A program made the position numbers and the translations under genes. The notes beneath the pieces were generated by a model. That model was given only the letters and a program-made list of their open reading frames with translations, had not been told where the DNA came from and searched no databases. 32,098 nucleotides of DNA from Hydrurus foetidus (taxonomy: Eukaryota). This document shows, piece after piece, positions 1 to 10,656 of this stretch (positions are counted from its first letter, which is position 1; every line of letters begins with the position of its first letter). The stretch covers positions 1-32,098 of the forward strand of contig UYFQ01000864.1 in the NCBI GenBank assembly GCA_900617105.1. Reading direction: 5' to 3'.

Positions 1-3000
1 CATTACCATAGACTATATTATCAATCAATGAAGCATCAGATGTAGCACAGGTAGAAGCACCAGAATCAAAATTATTTGATGAGGTGTTTGTTTTATAGCT
101 TTAAGATGAGAATTGGTACGAAGGACGTTCAGATTATAATAGTAATCGAACAAAGTCGTATCAGGAGTTTCAGGAGTAATTATATGATATAAATCTGGAG
201 GGACATGTACTACTTCTGGTGGAGGAATTTCTTCAATTATGGGTAGTACTATATTTTCAAATTCATTATCATTATTAATTTCATTATGAATTTCATTTTC
301 AAAGTTTATTTGCTGTTGAGCTTCATTAAGAAAATTGTCAACTTGAATGGCATCATGGGCTTCTACAGGTGGGTCATTGGGATCATCAACTGTTGAATCA
401 GTGTCATAATCCTCAAATTGACGCCTTACTGCAGCATTATTTTCTTCTGTAGCTGTGACAGCATTATACATATCGTCAGCTAGATTGCTGTCGGGATAGT
501 GACGATCTAGGGACATGTCAATCAAATTGTTGGTAAAACGTCACGAGGACCATCACGGTATCCTTTGAGTGGATAATAGGTTACTGGGTAAGGTTCAATG
601 TTCCAGAGGAAAGATCTGGATCTTGGTAGTACATGACTTCGAATGGATCTGTGGACTTGTAAGGGGAGGTATTAACTAAAGAAGGAATATCAGGAATATA
701 GGTAGTAGGAGTAGAGATAAGACGGATTTGTGTAGGAGAGGAGTGTGGAGTTTCATTCATTTTGGACACTTTTTCATTGTTCTGTTCATCAGAATTAATA
801 GATGTGTCTTGTTGTGTTTGGTCGACTGACTCTTTTCTTGCACTATTTACTGTATCATATTTCCTTTTTGTATATTTTGACATTGTTTCTATTAACATAT
901 TTCGATACCTTTGATTACGTTCTTGAGGAGTTTCTGGATTATTTTCGTCATCATCACTTATATTTTTGGACCATTTATTCATTACTTCTTGTTCATCGTC
1001 ACTTAACTCAACAGATTCAACGTCACTGTGGAAGTAATCGTTGAGGTCGTTATCACTCCGAAGTCGTGTTAACGTTTGACAATATGCATCATAGTCGATG
1101 ATACGACGTTCGCCAATAAGAGCAGGAGACTCATATACTGGATCAGGTCGATATACTGGACGAGATGGTGGAGGAATGGGGCTAGGGATGTATACACGTT
1201 GTGAAGGGGAGAGAACAGGACTAGGCTCACTTTCAGGACCGCTGTCACTACCACTACTTGTATCATCGTGTCTAAGATTATCATCATCATCGTAGTGTTG
1301 TAAACCACGTGGACTTGAGTGAGACCCGTGACGCATTTGATCTGATGGTTCGTTTGCTAAACTGGGAGAATCTGCGCGCGAGTAAATGACTCTAATTAGA
1401 GGTTCATTTCTAGGACGAAAGCTAGTACCATCTATAGGTCGTTCTTGAACGGATAGACATTCATCAACTTTTTTGTTAATGCGGAAGAGAGAGCTCGTTT
1501 GATGGGATCTTTGATGGGTTTAATTAATCGGGCAATAAGAAGAAAAGTTGCTTTGATTCCATTATAACAGAAGGAAGGTTCTGTTTGTGCTTCGATATCA
1601 TTTAAGAGGAAACGACGAAGAAAATCTTCCTTACGTGGTGTAGACTGATCATGATAGTAACCTAAATGTTGACCGGCAAATGCCATGAAGTCAAGGATAA
1701 CAGCATGTATTACTGTGTCAACGAACACCATGTTATGATTAACAGTGTTGTGATGAGCACTCTGCTCGAGTCGTCGAATGAGTTCAACATATTCACTCAC
1801 AGTAGTCATCTGAGACCAGAAATGTCCGATGCGAAGTGAAGTGAGATAATGCTCTCTGCTGGCAGCATAAGGGTTGAATGTCATAAAGTGCCGTGATGAG
1901 GCCACTTTTTCAGCAGAAGGAAGGATGACGATTGATTGCATTAATGTAGATGCAATACAATTCATTAAATGCATCCATGGGACTGTGCGATCACGAATGT
2001 CCTTACGTTTACGCGCCATAGGATTCGAATGCCATTGAAAGATGTCAGTATATTGATTATCTCTTTCCTGATTATCTTTGATAGTACGTGTACGTTTCCA
2101 CAAGAAATGGAATGGTGTAATAGATACCGAAGGATCAGTTCTATTATAGTGCGGAACATGTCTGTGAAAGACGTAATATTGTTCGGCTAGAAGTATCGAC
2201 GCAATAATTGCGCGAAGAGGGATGGTGCATGCGGAGTATTCATTATTTACATTTTGAAGTAAACATCTCTGATTGTTTTTTAAATCATTCTCTGTAATCT
2301 TATTTGAATAATCTTTATTATGACAAGAATTATCTAACCGTTGCGTCTTTAATATACGCTGATTATTCGGGTCGATTCGAATTCTCATTAGTGTATTCGC
2401 TTTCTCACCATGCGTTGTATATGCAGGCTGAGATGGATTGCCCCAACTGGAGAACGCTTGAACACGATGCTCAGTGGGTGTAGTGGCTTGATTTAGTACC
2501 TCTTCCAAGGTCTTTAATTTCTTAATTTGATTTTGAGAATATCCGCCAGCATATCTGCCATGAGCATTGCCAGACATAGGTCCCACAGAATCAAGTTGAA
2601 TTTGAGTTAACTTGAAACTTGGGTTAGGATATACGGGATTAGCCGGTTGGGTTTTGGCCGAGGATACCGGATAATTATCACGACGAGGAGGTGTAGGAGG
2701 TCGAAAGTCTTTTGGCATAATTTCATGCTTATATTGACATTCTTGAGCCGACTTAGGGCACACATCCATATTGAACTTAAAACAAAAGCCTCCGGCAGCT
2801 AGTCTCTTTTTGTCACTATTCCGACTGTCAACTTTTGGTGGTTGAGTCTTGGCATTCTTTTGACTGGCTGACTTATTGGGGTCATAATTGTTATTAGGTT
2901 TGTACTTGTTTTGAAGAGGAGGATTTGGAGGAGGAGCACCAGAATTTGAAAGAGTATTTTGATATAGGATATGAGGCTCGGTACTACTGGAAGTCATATT

Positions 3001-4562
3001 GGAGGTATCGAAACTTGCAACACGAGATGTGGTATTTTCGGATATGAGATCGTATGTACGGAGAAGTTTCTCTATAATCAGACTATAAGATTCATTACTG
3101 GACGCACTTGAAACGAAGCAGGATTGTATTTGGGATCTGGGATCATCTTTGAATTGATCTGATAGCCAAGATATTTTTCAACTTCAGTTAGGCGCCGCAT
3201 TTGGGCATGCTCGAGATTAGAGAACGCGGTTTCCCATCGAGAATATTCTGTCCGCATGGGGGAATGTATACTTACTTTATGATTTTCAAGAGCGTGTTTG
3301 GCGAACTTAATATCGATTTGCTTCTGACCGAACACAAATTGATGAATATCATGATATGCATTAATCCCATTGCGGGTGGATTCGCTTTGGATTGTAACAT
3401 GATGGTAAAGATTTTGATGAAACATGGCGAATACCAATGAATACAATCTCTCATTATCATACTTAAACTTAAAGGCATCGTCTTCTTTCAACATAACGTC
3501 CTCGAAATGAGTTGTGTTATTCGTAGAGAAGACAGATGAAGAATCCTCATCAGTTTGAGAAAGAACAGGTATGTTAATTACACGGCTTTCTGAGTATCCG
3601 TACTTATTTACTTCAAGATCTATGACAGGTTGCGGACGGTGTCCGGTCAATAGAGTAAGTAAATCAGCATTGGCTAATGTAGCATGTAATCCCCGTAATC
3701 GACGAAATTTGTCGGGGTATGCATATCTATCTTGTTCTTTTCACATTCACTTATGAAGACTTGCGCAACTTTGATGTACGTAGTCTGAGGGACTAATCTA
3801 TGCCGAAGTTTTGGCGTTCTTCTATTGTAACTTTCCTCAGATTCATACTCATGAATATTGGGAGAGAGAGGATGTCTAATATTTTCCGCACGTTCTTGCT
3901 GGGATCTATTAGATGTGTTGTTATTATTCGGACTGCGTTGTTGTTGAGAACTATTGTTATTATTCCAACTAGGACTTTCGCGCCGACTATAATTTTGGTT
4001 CCACGCATCAGAATCGCGTCGTTGTTGAGAAATATTGTTGTTGGAATAGCTGAATCGATCAATATTCATAGGGTTGGAAAAAATTTGCCAGAGTTTCCCC
4101 CCTCATTATTCATTGGATTGATTTTTCTTATGCTACTTTGTTCAACATTCTCGGACATATACGCGCTGGACATTCTCACAATGGGGTGATAGGGTTCGAG
4201 AGTGGGGCAGAGTGGGGCTGATCGCGCAACGGCAGATCCGCCCGTAGAGCAATGTCGACTGTCCCATAAGGGGCATCAACCTTCGCATCATTCTCTCTCT
4301 GCCTAAGAACTCGGGCAACTTCCCTATCTACAGCTGCCTGGAAGGCAGAGCTATCAATCACAACGTCAACGTTGGTTTCAAGCACCTGCTCTTCCAAGGC
4401 AGGATCCATATCGGACATATCGCTTTGCAGTGGAGGAGGGCCATCATCGATGATTTCCTCGCTGAAAGCGTCGTCGGCATCGGGTGAATCGCCACCAGCG
4501 CCAGATCTTGTCCGCATCATTTTGGTCGGGGAATCGGGTAACTTATCGGATGAAGTCTTCAA
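1..4562 (-). pseudogene. Copia A giant Gag-(unknown domain)-protease polyprotein, broken by frameshifts
   Basis: ORF pieces 4176..4562, 3674..4069, 3078..3650, 1432..2997, 581..1336 and 25..525 appear to be one frameshifted ORF; the joins at ~3170, ~1470 and ~70 are single-base shifts in A/T runs. Contains gag-like LLTLLTGHRPQP...LYSLV, C-x7-C-x6-C-x3-H (CFKFNMDVCPKSAQECQYKH, ~2784->2725) and, after the last shift, IIFDSGASTCATSD. Confidence 0.75.
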
Positions 4563-4566
4563 GCTT

Positions 4567-4578
4567 CAATCGCTACCA
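4567..4578 (-). other. Primer-binding site of Copia A (probably initiator tRNA-Met)
   Basis: TGGTAGCGATTG immediately follows the LTR end CTGACA on the - strand. TGGTAG start fits the 3' end of a eukaryotic tRNAi-Met; tRNA identity is inferred. Confidence 0.75.
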
Positions 4579-5086
4579 TGTCAGTTGATCAGGGACGATC
4601 AATGAGGTCGCAGGAGGCCAAGAGCACAAGCGACCAGGCGAAGAAGTTTGGGAGTTGAGTATCGAATATTCGTTAAGAATTAGAAACTAAACGCATGCGA
4701 ATTGAAAAGACGTTGCATGATGAACATCATTCTACCTGCCGCAAGTCAATAAGATCTCATTCGTCATCCATTTCAGATTTGAATTTGAACTCGTAGATTT
4801 AAGCCTACGTTGACGAGCGACGAGATATACTTCAAACCATACATCACACATGGAAAAGTTTTTATACTAACGCCCTGGTACTAACGCCATGACTCACACC
4901 ATGTATGTGACGAAGAATCTCAACTAAGTTTTAGCAGATTCCTGGGGAACCGAACCGATGACTCTCAAGTTTTGTCAGTGTGTGGATGGAGTATAAATAG
5001 CTGGTATGATAACCACTAAACCATCTAGCGCTAGATCGTTTAGTGGTTATCATACCAGCTATTTATACTCCATCCACACACTGACA
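4579..5086 (-). repeat. 5' LTR of Copia A (~508 bp)
   Basis: Inverted termini TGTCAG/CTGACA, adjacent PBS, TATAAAA on - strand near 4860-4866. Its last 137 bp recur inverted at 19336..19472. Confidence 0.75.
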
Positions 5087-5087
5087 A
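4972..5087. repeat. 116-bp near-perfect palindrome (58-bp arms, no loop, one mismatch)
   Basis: ttgtcagtgtgtggatggagtataaatagctggtatgataaccactaaacc-atctagcgctagat-cgtttagtggttatcataccagctatttatactccatccacacactgacaa; centre 5029/5030, single C:C mismatch at 5022/5037. Confidence 0.97.
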
Positions 5088-5576
5088 TTCCCTCAATGCT
5101 CGCTTCACCACCAAAGATGCACACACCTCCCGTCCGGTCTGTCCTGGATGCGCCCATGGCGCCATGCGTCAAGCATCCACAGACTATCGTCGCATCCACA
5201 GAGACACAACTACCCTCGTCGGCCAGCAGTTCTCCTTGGATGCCTATACCCACTCGACTCCATCATTCCGTAACTACCGTTACACTCACATCCTCACCGA
5301 CAATACTATCCTGTATATACAAAAGACCGGTCCGCCTCTGAACTCTGTGCCCGCATTGCAGCCTTCTTCGACCTAACCCCCCAATGGAACCACAATACCC
5401 CTGGGGTTGATCGCTTCATCCGGCATGACCCAGAGGCCAACTACCGATCTGAAGAATTTACTGCGCTTTGCGCCCGATACCGATACCGACTTGAGCACAC
5501 TGCACCTCGTGACAAACATGCCAACGGCATCGCTGAGCGAGCAGTCGGCATTGTAGCTCTCAAGACAAACGTTGCC
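5087..5576 (+). pseudogene. Copia B integrase (pre-integrase CxxC and DDE core), frameshifted and interrupted upstream by Copia A
   Basis: Across frames: CPGCAHGAMRQ, GQQFSLDAY (first Asp), HDPEANYRSEEF (second Asp), NGIAERAVG (Glu; in frame with ORF 5577). Confidence 0.8.
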
Positions 5577-7829
5577 ATGATAAGCCCTGTTCCGCATGTG
5601 CCAATGAAGTTCTGGGACCTTGCAATGTCCTATGCATGTGTTACTCATTCCTTTAACCTTAACAAGCGTATTGGTACTTCTCCGTATCACTTCACTTCTG
5701 GGCAACACGTGGACATCAGGATGCTTCGACCATTCTGGGCACCCTGCTATGTCAAGCACGCACCCAAAGATCAGAAAAGTAAAGTTGGGTCACCTCGTGC
5801 CTACCGTGCTCGGTTCGTTGGTTATAGTTTTACATCTATACTAGTCCCACAATATTTAGTATTAGAAATACTACCCAAGAACACCTACGGTACTGTTCGA
5901 GTCAGTAAGGATGTCATCTTCGACATGCACAACAACTTCAAGCATGACTCAGATGCACACTTCCCTACCGACGAGGCCTTCGCCCTCATCCCGTCCCTCT
6001 ACTATACTGATAATGATAATGACCCTATTGTGGTGCCTGAGCGAGTCGACCTACCCGGCCTCCCCTCACCTGCACCCCTTATCGACCCCGACTATATAAC
6101 CCCTGTCCCTGAGACAGAGCACTCAGTCAACGATGACATGATATACTGGTCCACCTACACCAGTTCTTCCACATGCTTCCCTGTTCACCTCTTCCGTGTC
6201 CTGCACTACAACATAGCAGTCCAAATCAAGGATCCCTACATCCCCAAAGACTTCTGGACCGCAATGCAGTACCCAGAGTGGGAACAGGCCATCAACACTG
6301 AGCGAACTAAGTTTGAAGTCAACAACTGCTTCAGGTCTGTACCCTTCACCGGCCAGCACCTCGTACCAATGATGTGGCTCTTCAGTATCAAGACTGACGG
6401 CACCAAGAAGGCCCGCCTCGTAGGTCGTGGTGATCTCATGATACCCTGGGTCGACTTCGACCCCTACGCAGTATACTGCGGTAATGTCAATGCATCTTCG
6501 ATCAAAATTGCACTCGTCATCGCCGCTACCTACAAATTATCCATGCGGGGAGGAGATTTAGTAGGCGCCTACTTAATCACACTCGCTAACCCCGACTTTC
6601 CCGTTCACATCAAGACACCTCAAGGTTACACCACACCTTTTGGCACATGCTTCCAAGCCATTGGCAACCTCTACGGTTTTCCACCAGCAGGCCAGAATTT
6701 CTCAAAGGAATTCGACAAATGTGTACGCGAATGTGGATACGAAAACACACCGTGGGACTTAAAGTTCTTCTTTAAGTGGGTCCAAGGTCAACCCCTGATA
6801 CTGATAGCACACTCAGACGACTTCAGATGGTTCGGACCACTTGCACTCATTAGCGAATGGGATCTCCTCATCGCTACATTCAACTCCCACAAGTATGAAG
6901 TCACCGACGCGACCTCCAAAGAGTTCGTCGGCATCCGCATTACATGCGATGAACACTTCAACTACTACATGGATCAGTCACGCATGATCACATCCATCGT
7001 ATCGGAGGCCAACCTTGCTGGCGCCGCCGATGAGCATCTACCATATCCACCTTCTGGTGAGAGTCTGTCCAAGGCGGACAACTCTACCGATCTCGATAGG
7101 CACATGTATAATAAGTATCCCTACCGACGGGTAGTTGGTCAACTTATGTACGGTATGGTACACACATTGATTACAATCATGTACGCTCTCAACATACTAT
7201 CCAGATATAGTAACAGTCCAGGTGCACGACACATCAAGTTCCTTAAGCACTTACTTCGATATGTCAAGTACGCCAAGATGGATAGACTGAAATTCACCAC
7301 ACACGACGGTCCCACCGACATCGCTACGATGACCAGTCTACTGCAGCTGAAGTTCCAATGCGACGCCGACCTCGCCGGTAACAAAGACAACCGTCACTCC
7401 CAGACCTCCTACATTGGCTACCTCGCCGACAATGTCATCTGCTGGAAGAGTACCGACCAAGGCAGCATCTCATCATCAACTGCGGAATCCGAAATCAAGG
7501 CAGTTAATCACGCACTTAAATCCGATGTCATTCCCCTCCGGGGCATACTAAACCACATGGGATGGACACAAGCTCCTACAGTCATCGAAGAAGACAATTC
7601 TGCTTGTGTTGATGCTTCAAATCATACACACATGACCAAGAACCTTCGTCACATTGACCTGAGCGAAAACTACTTTAAGGACAAAGTCGCCGATGGTACC
7701 TGTGTCATTGTTAAAATCCCTTCGGGCGAAAACAACTCAGACATAGGTACGAAAAGAGTTCCACTACCACTTTTCGAATACCTAACGCACAGGCTCGTTG
7801 ACAAGTCTTTACGAACTAATATTAAATAA
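5577..7829 (+). CDS. pol: Copia B Pol: integrase C-terminus, reverse transcriptase (RVT_2 type), RNase H
   Basis: FWDLAMSYA, RARFVGY, VSKDVIF, KKARLVGRG, DLVGAYL, NLYGFPPAG, IAHSDDF, PYRRVVGQLMY, CDADLAG, SSTAESE, EEDNSAC, RHIDL, SDIGTK. Confidence 0.95.
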   Translation: MISPVPHVPMKFWDLAMSYACVTHSFNLNKRIGTSPYHFTSGQHVDIRMLRPFWAPCYVKHAPKDQKSKVGSPRAYRARFVGYSFTSILVPQYLVLEILPKNTYGTVRVSKDVIFDMHNNFKHDSDAHFPTDEAFALIPSLYYTDNDNDPIVVPERVDLPGLPSPAPLIDPDYITPVPETEHSVNDDMIYWSTYTSSSTCFPVHLFRVLHYNIAVQIKDPYIPKDFWTAMQYPEWEQAINTERTKFEVNNCFRSVPFTGQHLVPMMWLFSIKTDGTKKARLVGRGDLMIPWVDFDPYAVYCGNVNASSIKIALVIAATYKLSMRGGDLVGAYLITLANPDFPVHIKTPQGYTTPFGTCFQAIGNLYGFPPAGQNFSKEFDKCVRECGYENTPWDLKFFFKWVQGQPLILIAHSDDFRWFGPLALISEWDLLIATFNSHKYEVTDATSKEFVGIRITCDEHFNYYMDQSRMITSIVSEANLAGAADEHLPYPPSGESLSKADNSTDLDRHMYNKYPYRRVVGQLMYGMVHTLITIMYALNILSRYSNSPGARHIKFLKHLLRYVKYAKMDRLKFTTHDGPTDIATMTSLLQLKFQCDADLAGNKDNRHSQTSYIGYLADNVICWKSTDQGSISSSTAESEIKAVNHALKSDVIPLRGILNHMGWTQAPTVIEEDNSACVDASNHTHMTKNLRHIDLSENYFKDKVADGTCVIVKIPSGENNSDIGTKRVPLPLFEYLTHRLVDKSLRTNIK

Positions 7830-8027
7830 CATAAATACTTAATATCCATATTTCTAACATACGTACTAATTTTACTATCTTATATGAGTGCACGCATATA
7901 TTATAACTAACTTTTTACACTTTTTGCCAAATCTCCCGTACGGGGAGTACATCCTCAGTACGGGGAGTATATATACACATATCATTCATTTCGATACTCT
8001 CAATAACACGTTCAGCTACATCTTCAC

Positions 8028-8036
8028 TACGGGGAG
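8028..8036 (+). other. Short polypurine tract of Copia B (TACGGGGAG); two further copies at ~7938 and ~7958
   Basis: GGGGAG directly precedes TGTCAG at 8037; TACGGGGAGT occurs three times in the 3' UTR. Confidence 0.7.
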
Positions 8037-8544
8037 TGTCAGTCCAGCATATTCATGCATGATCTGTTAGCATAGTTTCATCTGTAGATTAGCATTCACA
8101 TGTCACAAGTAGTGTAGCGCTTCCTCACCCAAAACACCGCCATACACTGTTGTGTACATACGCTCATCGTTCTTCTAGCGATATCCCCCTTCGGGGCCAT
8201 CACCAAGCATCCGGTTTTTCACCACCAAGCATCCGGATTTCCACCAGGTATCCGGTTTCCACCAAGCATCCGATTTCATGAGCAGCGAGGGTTCCGCCCA
8301 TTGCTCAATCGCCAACTTGAATATTCGCTGAATATATTTCCACTTCGGCGATCACCATTTCATGCACAATGGATGCTTTGCTTTGCTTCTTTGATGGTTG
8401 TCTTCTCTGATATCATCGCCAGTTGTTTTACTACTTGATCGTTGTAAGTAAACACGTCTTCCGAGACCACTTCCATCAGCCAGTCTTTCCTTTGCGCTTC
8501 CGCAGCCAACAGGTAGCTCGCTTCACTCCACAGTCTGACTCACA
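8037..8544 (+). repeat. 3' LTR of Copia B (right end inferred)
   Basis: Starts TGTCAGTC after the PPT and ends GACTCACA (7/8 inverted match). No second copy in the window. Confidence 0.6.
8201..8277 (+). repeat. Four ~18-22 bp tandem motifs CACCAAGCATCCGGTTT inside LTR B
   Basis: caccaagcatccggttttt / caccaagcatccggattt / caccaggtatccggttt / caccaagcatccgattt. Confidence 0.85.
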
Positions 8545-10448
8545 TGTACATCAGTAAGTACAGGTATACTATCAATTGTAGCAGGTGGGACTGGTGTACT
8601 ATTATCCAGGGTATTACAAATTTTCGGTTCTGCACTAGTGACCGGTTCAATGTGAGTGACGGGTGTGGTTACACTATCCGGTCGTAATGCTACTGCACTA
8701 GTTTCGACTAGTGCAGTAGTATTACTGTCTATTTCATTGCTGTTAGGCTTAGCTTTACCTTTTGGTTGACGGGTAGTGTAATCGCATTTGGAGTTATCTG
8801 AGTTCGATTCCCATGTGTGTTCTCTCTTGTCTCCATCGGCGTTTGGAAGTGTACGTTTTTTATTGACGTCTGTAGGAGTCTCTATGTTACACTCATCAAT
8901 ATCACGCGTTCGCGGTGGAGTTAGTTTCTGAAGTCTAGATCGTTCAGTTTTATGGCTGTCATCGGTACTCGTGATAGATGATGATAGTGATTTGTTGTCA
9001 TCTTGATCATTATCTGAGGCATTAAGAATGGTCTCAGGAGAACTAAAATCTAATTCCATATTCGATGGTGATTTGTTTTGTGGACGTTGCGCAGTGTTCA
9101 TTGCTCTTATGATACGCATATCTTCTTTACGCTGTATATGTAGATACCTACTGTCAAATTGAGGTGGTTCTACGAGGTTTGGTGGTTTGTTATCATGTTT
9201 TTCAACAGGATCTTCATTAACCTCTCTATCTTTCGGGTGCACAAAACGAGTACCAAAATTTATGTTCTCATATTTAGTATTAAACATTGGTCTATGTTTT
9301 GGTACAGCAACGTCTTTAGGTGAAAATTCTTCTAAGTTTTCATGCTTCAGTATTCTATCTGCTTCTAGTGTCATTGGAGTTGATGGTGATACTTTAATTT
9401 CATCAACAAGAGATCTACCAATACGAGCGATGAGCTGAAAGTGCTCTTTGATACCATGGCATGTGAATATCGGATCAACTATATCATATATTTGAAGTGT
9501 AAGTACGTGTCGTAGTACTGTTATCTTTATAGGATCGTTGTCTCGATAGAAGCCGAGGTATTGGGCGGTGAATGCCATGAAGTCATAAACGACTGAGCGT
9601 ATTACCGTCTCAGCATATAGTGTGTTATGTAGTACTGAATTGTATGATGTTACACTGTCTATAATATTCAGTACACTAACATACTCTTCGAGACTATGGA
9701 CCTAGGACCAGTATGCTCCAGGCTCATGTGCTGGTAGGGGTGTTTCAAATTTTCCATTAATTAGATATGAATTATATAAATTATATTTGAGAGCATCCGC
9801 CTCTACCTTCTTCCATGGCATGACTACGCATGCTTGTAGCATTGACGCGCCCATACTATATAATAGTCTTAACCATTGTGTATATGGTTTTGTAATATCC
9901 GGACGTCTGTCGTCATGTCTATTAACATGCCACCCAAGTAAAGATGTATAGTAATTTGGTATTTCTTCACCGTCTTTAATAGATGTTGTTATTTTATGTA
10001 TAAAAGATCCAGGCAATATAGAAGTTGTTTGATCGTATCTACCATATTCAGGCATACGTGTATTATATTGGTAATTTTCGGCATGCAAGAAAGCTGCGTT
10101 AACACCCCGTAGAGGAATATTTGGTACTTCATAATTGTTTGCAATATTATTACTCAGAAAACGATGATGCAATTTACGTGTCTCTTCATGTAAGCCTAAG
10201 TGGTCATACATAATTCTTTTATCAGCAATATCTTAATTTTGTCTTGCTGTACGAAGAATTCTTTGTGAGTCTTCGTCGATGCAGACGCGCATGAGTACTT
10301 GGCGTTTTTCTTGAGCTGACTCGAATGGCGCTTTTGATACATTGGACCAGTTAGAGAATCTTCCCTGTTTACCACTAGTATTAGTGTTACGTTGGAGTGA
10401 CATTAGTTTGGTAATAGCCCTTTTTTGATTATTAGAATATTGTCCTAC
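8545..10448 (-). pseudogene. Copia C polyprotein continuation (second copy of the unknown domain plus low-complexity linker)
   Basis: ORFs 9702..10211 and 8523..9578 share a frame separated by TAG; homologous to A ORF 1432..2997. Confidence 0.75.
9357..10448 (+). repeat. 1.09-kb direct repeat, copy 1 (copy 2 at 14366..15449)
   Basis: Near-identical sequence; about 8 substitutions and an 8-bp deletion in copy 2 (offset changes from 5009 to 5001). Confidence 0.97.
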
Positions 10449-10656
10449 TGTGGTCGTACCGGGTATACCGGGCTTACGGGCCGTACCGTACCTCGTCATT
10501 ATCCACCCGATCCTTCCGCCTACAGTACGCATACAGCCCTACCAAGACTAGCTAGCTAGCTGCAGCCTACTCGTAGAAGTTAACTAGCTTCTAGCCTAGC
10601 CTGTAACCTAAGCACAACCCGCTCTTCTGCCCTTCTCCTTCTCCATCAGGACTACA
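10449..10656 (+). repeat. 5' LTR of Gypsy D (~208 bp; right end inferred)
   Basis: TGTGGTC...GACTACA imperfect inverted termini; related sequence at 19202..19335. Confidence 0.7.

Larger units (their letters stand above)
1..5086 (-). mobile_element. Ty1/Copia LTR retrotransposon A (5' part; continues off the left edge), inserted antisense into the integrase of Copia B
   Basis: 5' LTR TGTCAG...CTGACA (5086->4579), abutting PBS TGGTAGCGATTG, gag-like ORF, CCCH finger and Copia-type protease motif DSGAS at 67->53. Copia B integrase sequence begins directly at 5087. Confidence 0.85.
5087..8544 (+). mobile_element. Ty1/Copia LTR retrotransposon B (3' part: integrase-RT-RNase H, PPT, 3' LTR)
   Basis: Copia domain order INT-RT-RH; PPT GGGGAG followed by TGTCAGTC at 8037; probable LTR end GACTCACA at 8544, where the Copia C reading frame is interrupted. 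Confidence 0.9.

Noticed and set aside
4973..5086. Palindrome as an independent MITE insertion
   Set aside because: No target-site duplication, and its right end coincides with the expected LTR end of A.
4579..8544. LTR A and LTR B (both ~508 bp, starting TGTCAG on +) as the two LTRs of one element around the pol ORF
   Set aside because: Internal sequences are unrelated, LTR A has its PBS and gag on the - strand side, and pol starts mid-integrase.
9702..10235. In-frame TAG/TAA in Copia C (TAG aligned to Gln in A) as stop-codon reassignment or programmed readthrough
   Set aside because: Copia B pol ends naturally at TAA and A has no stops at these positions. Point mutations inherited by both duplicate copies explain them.
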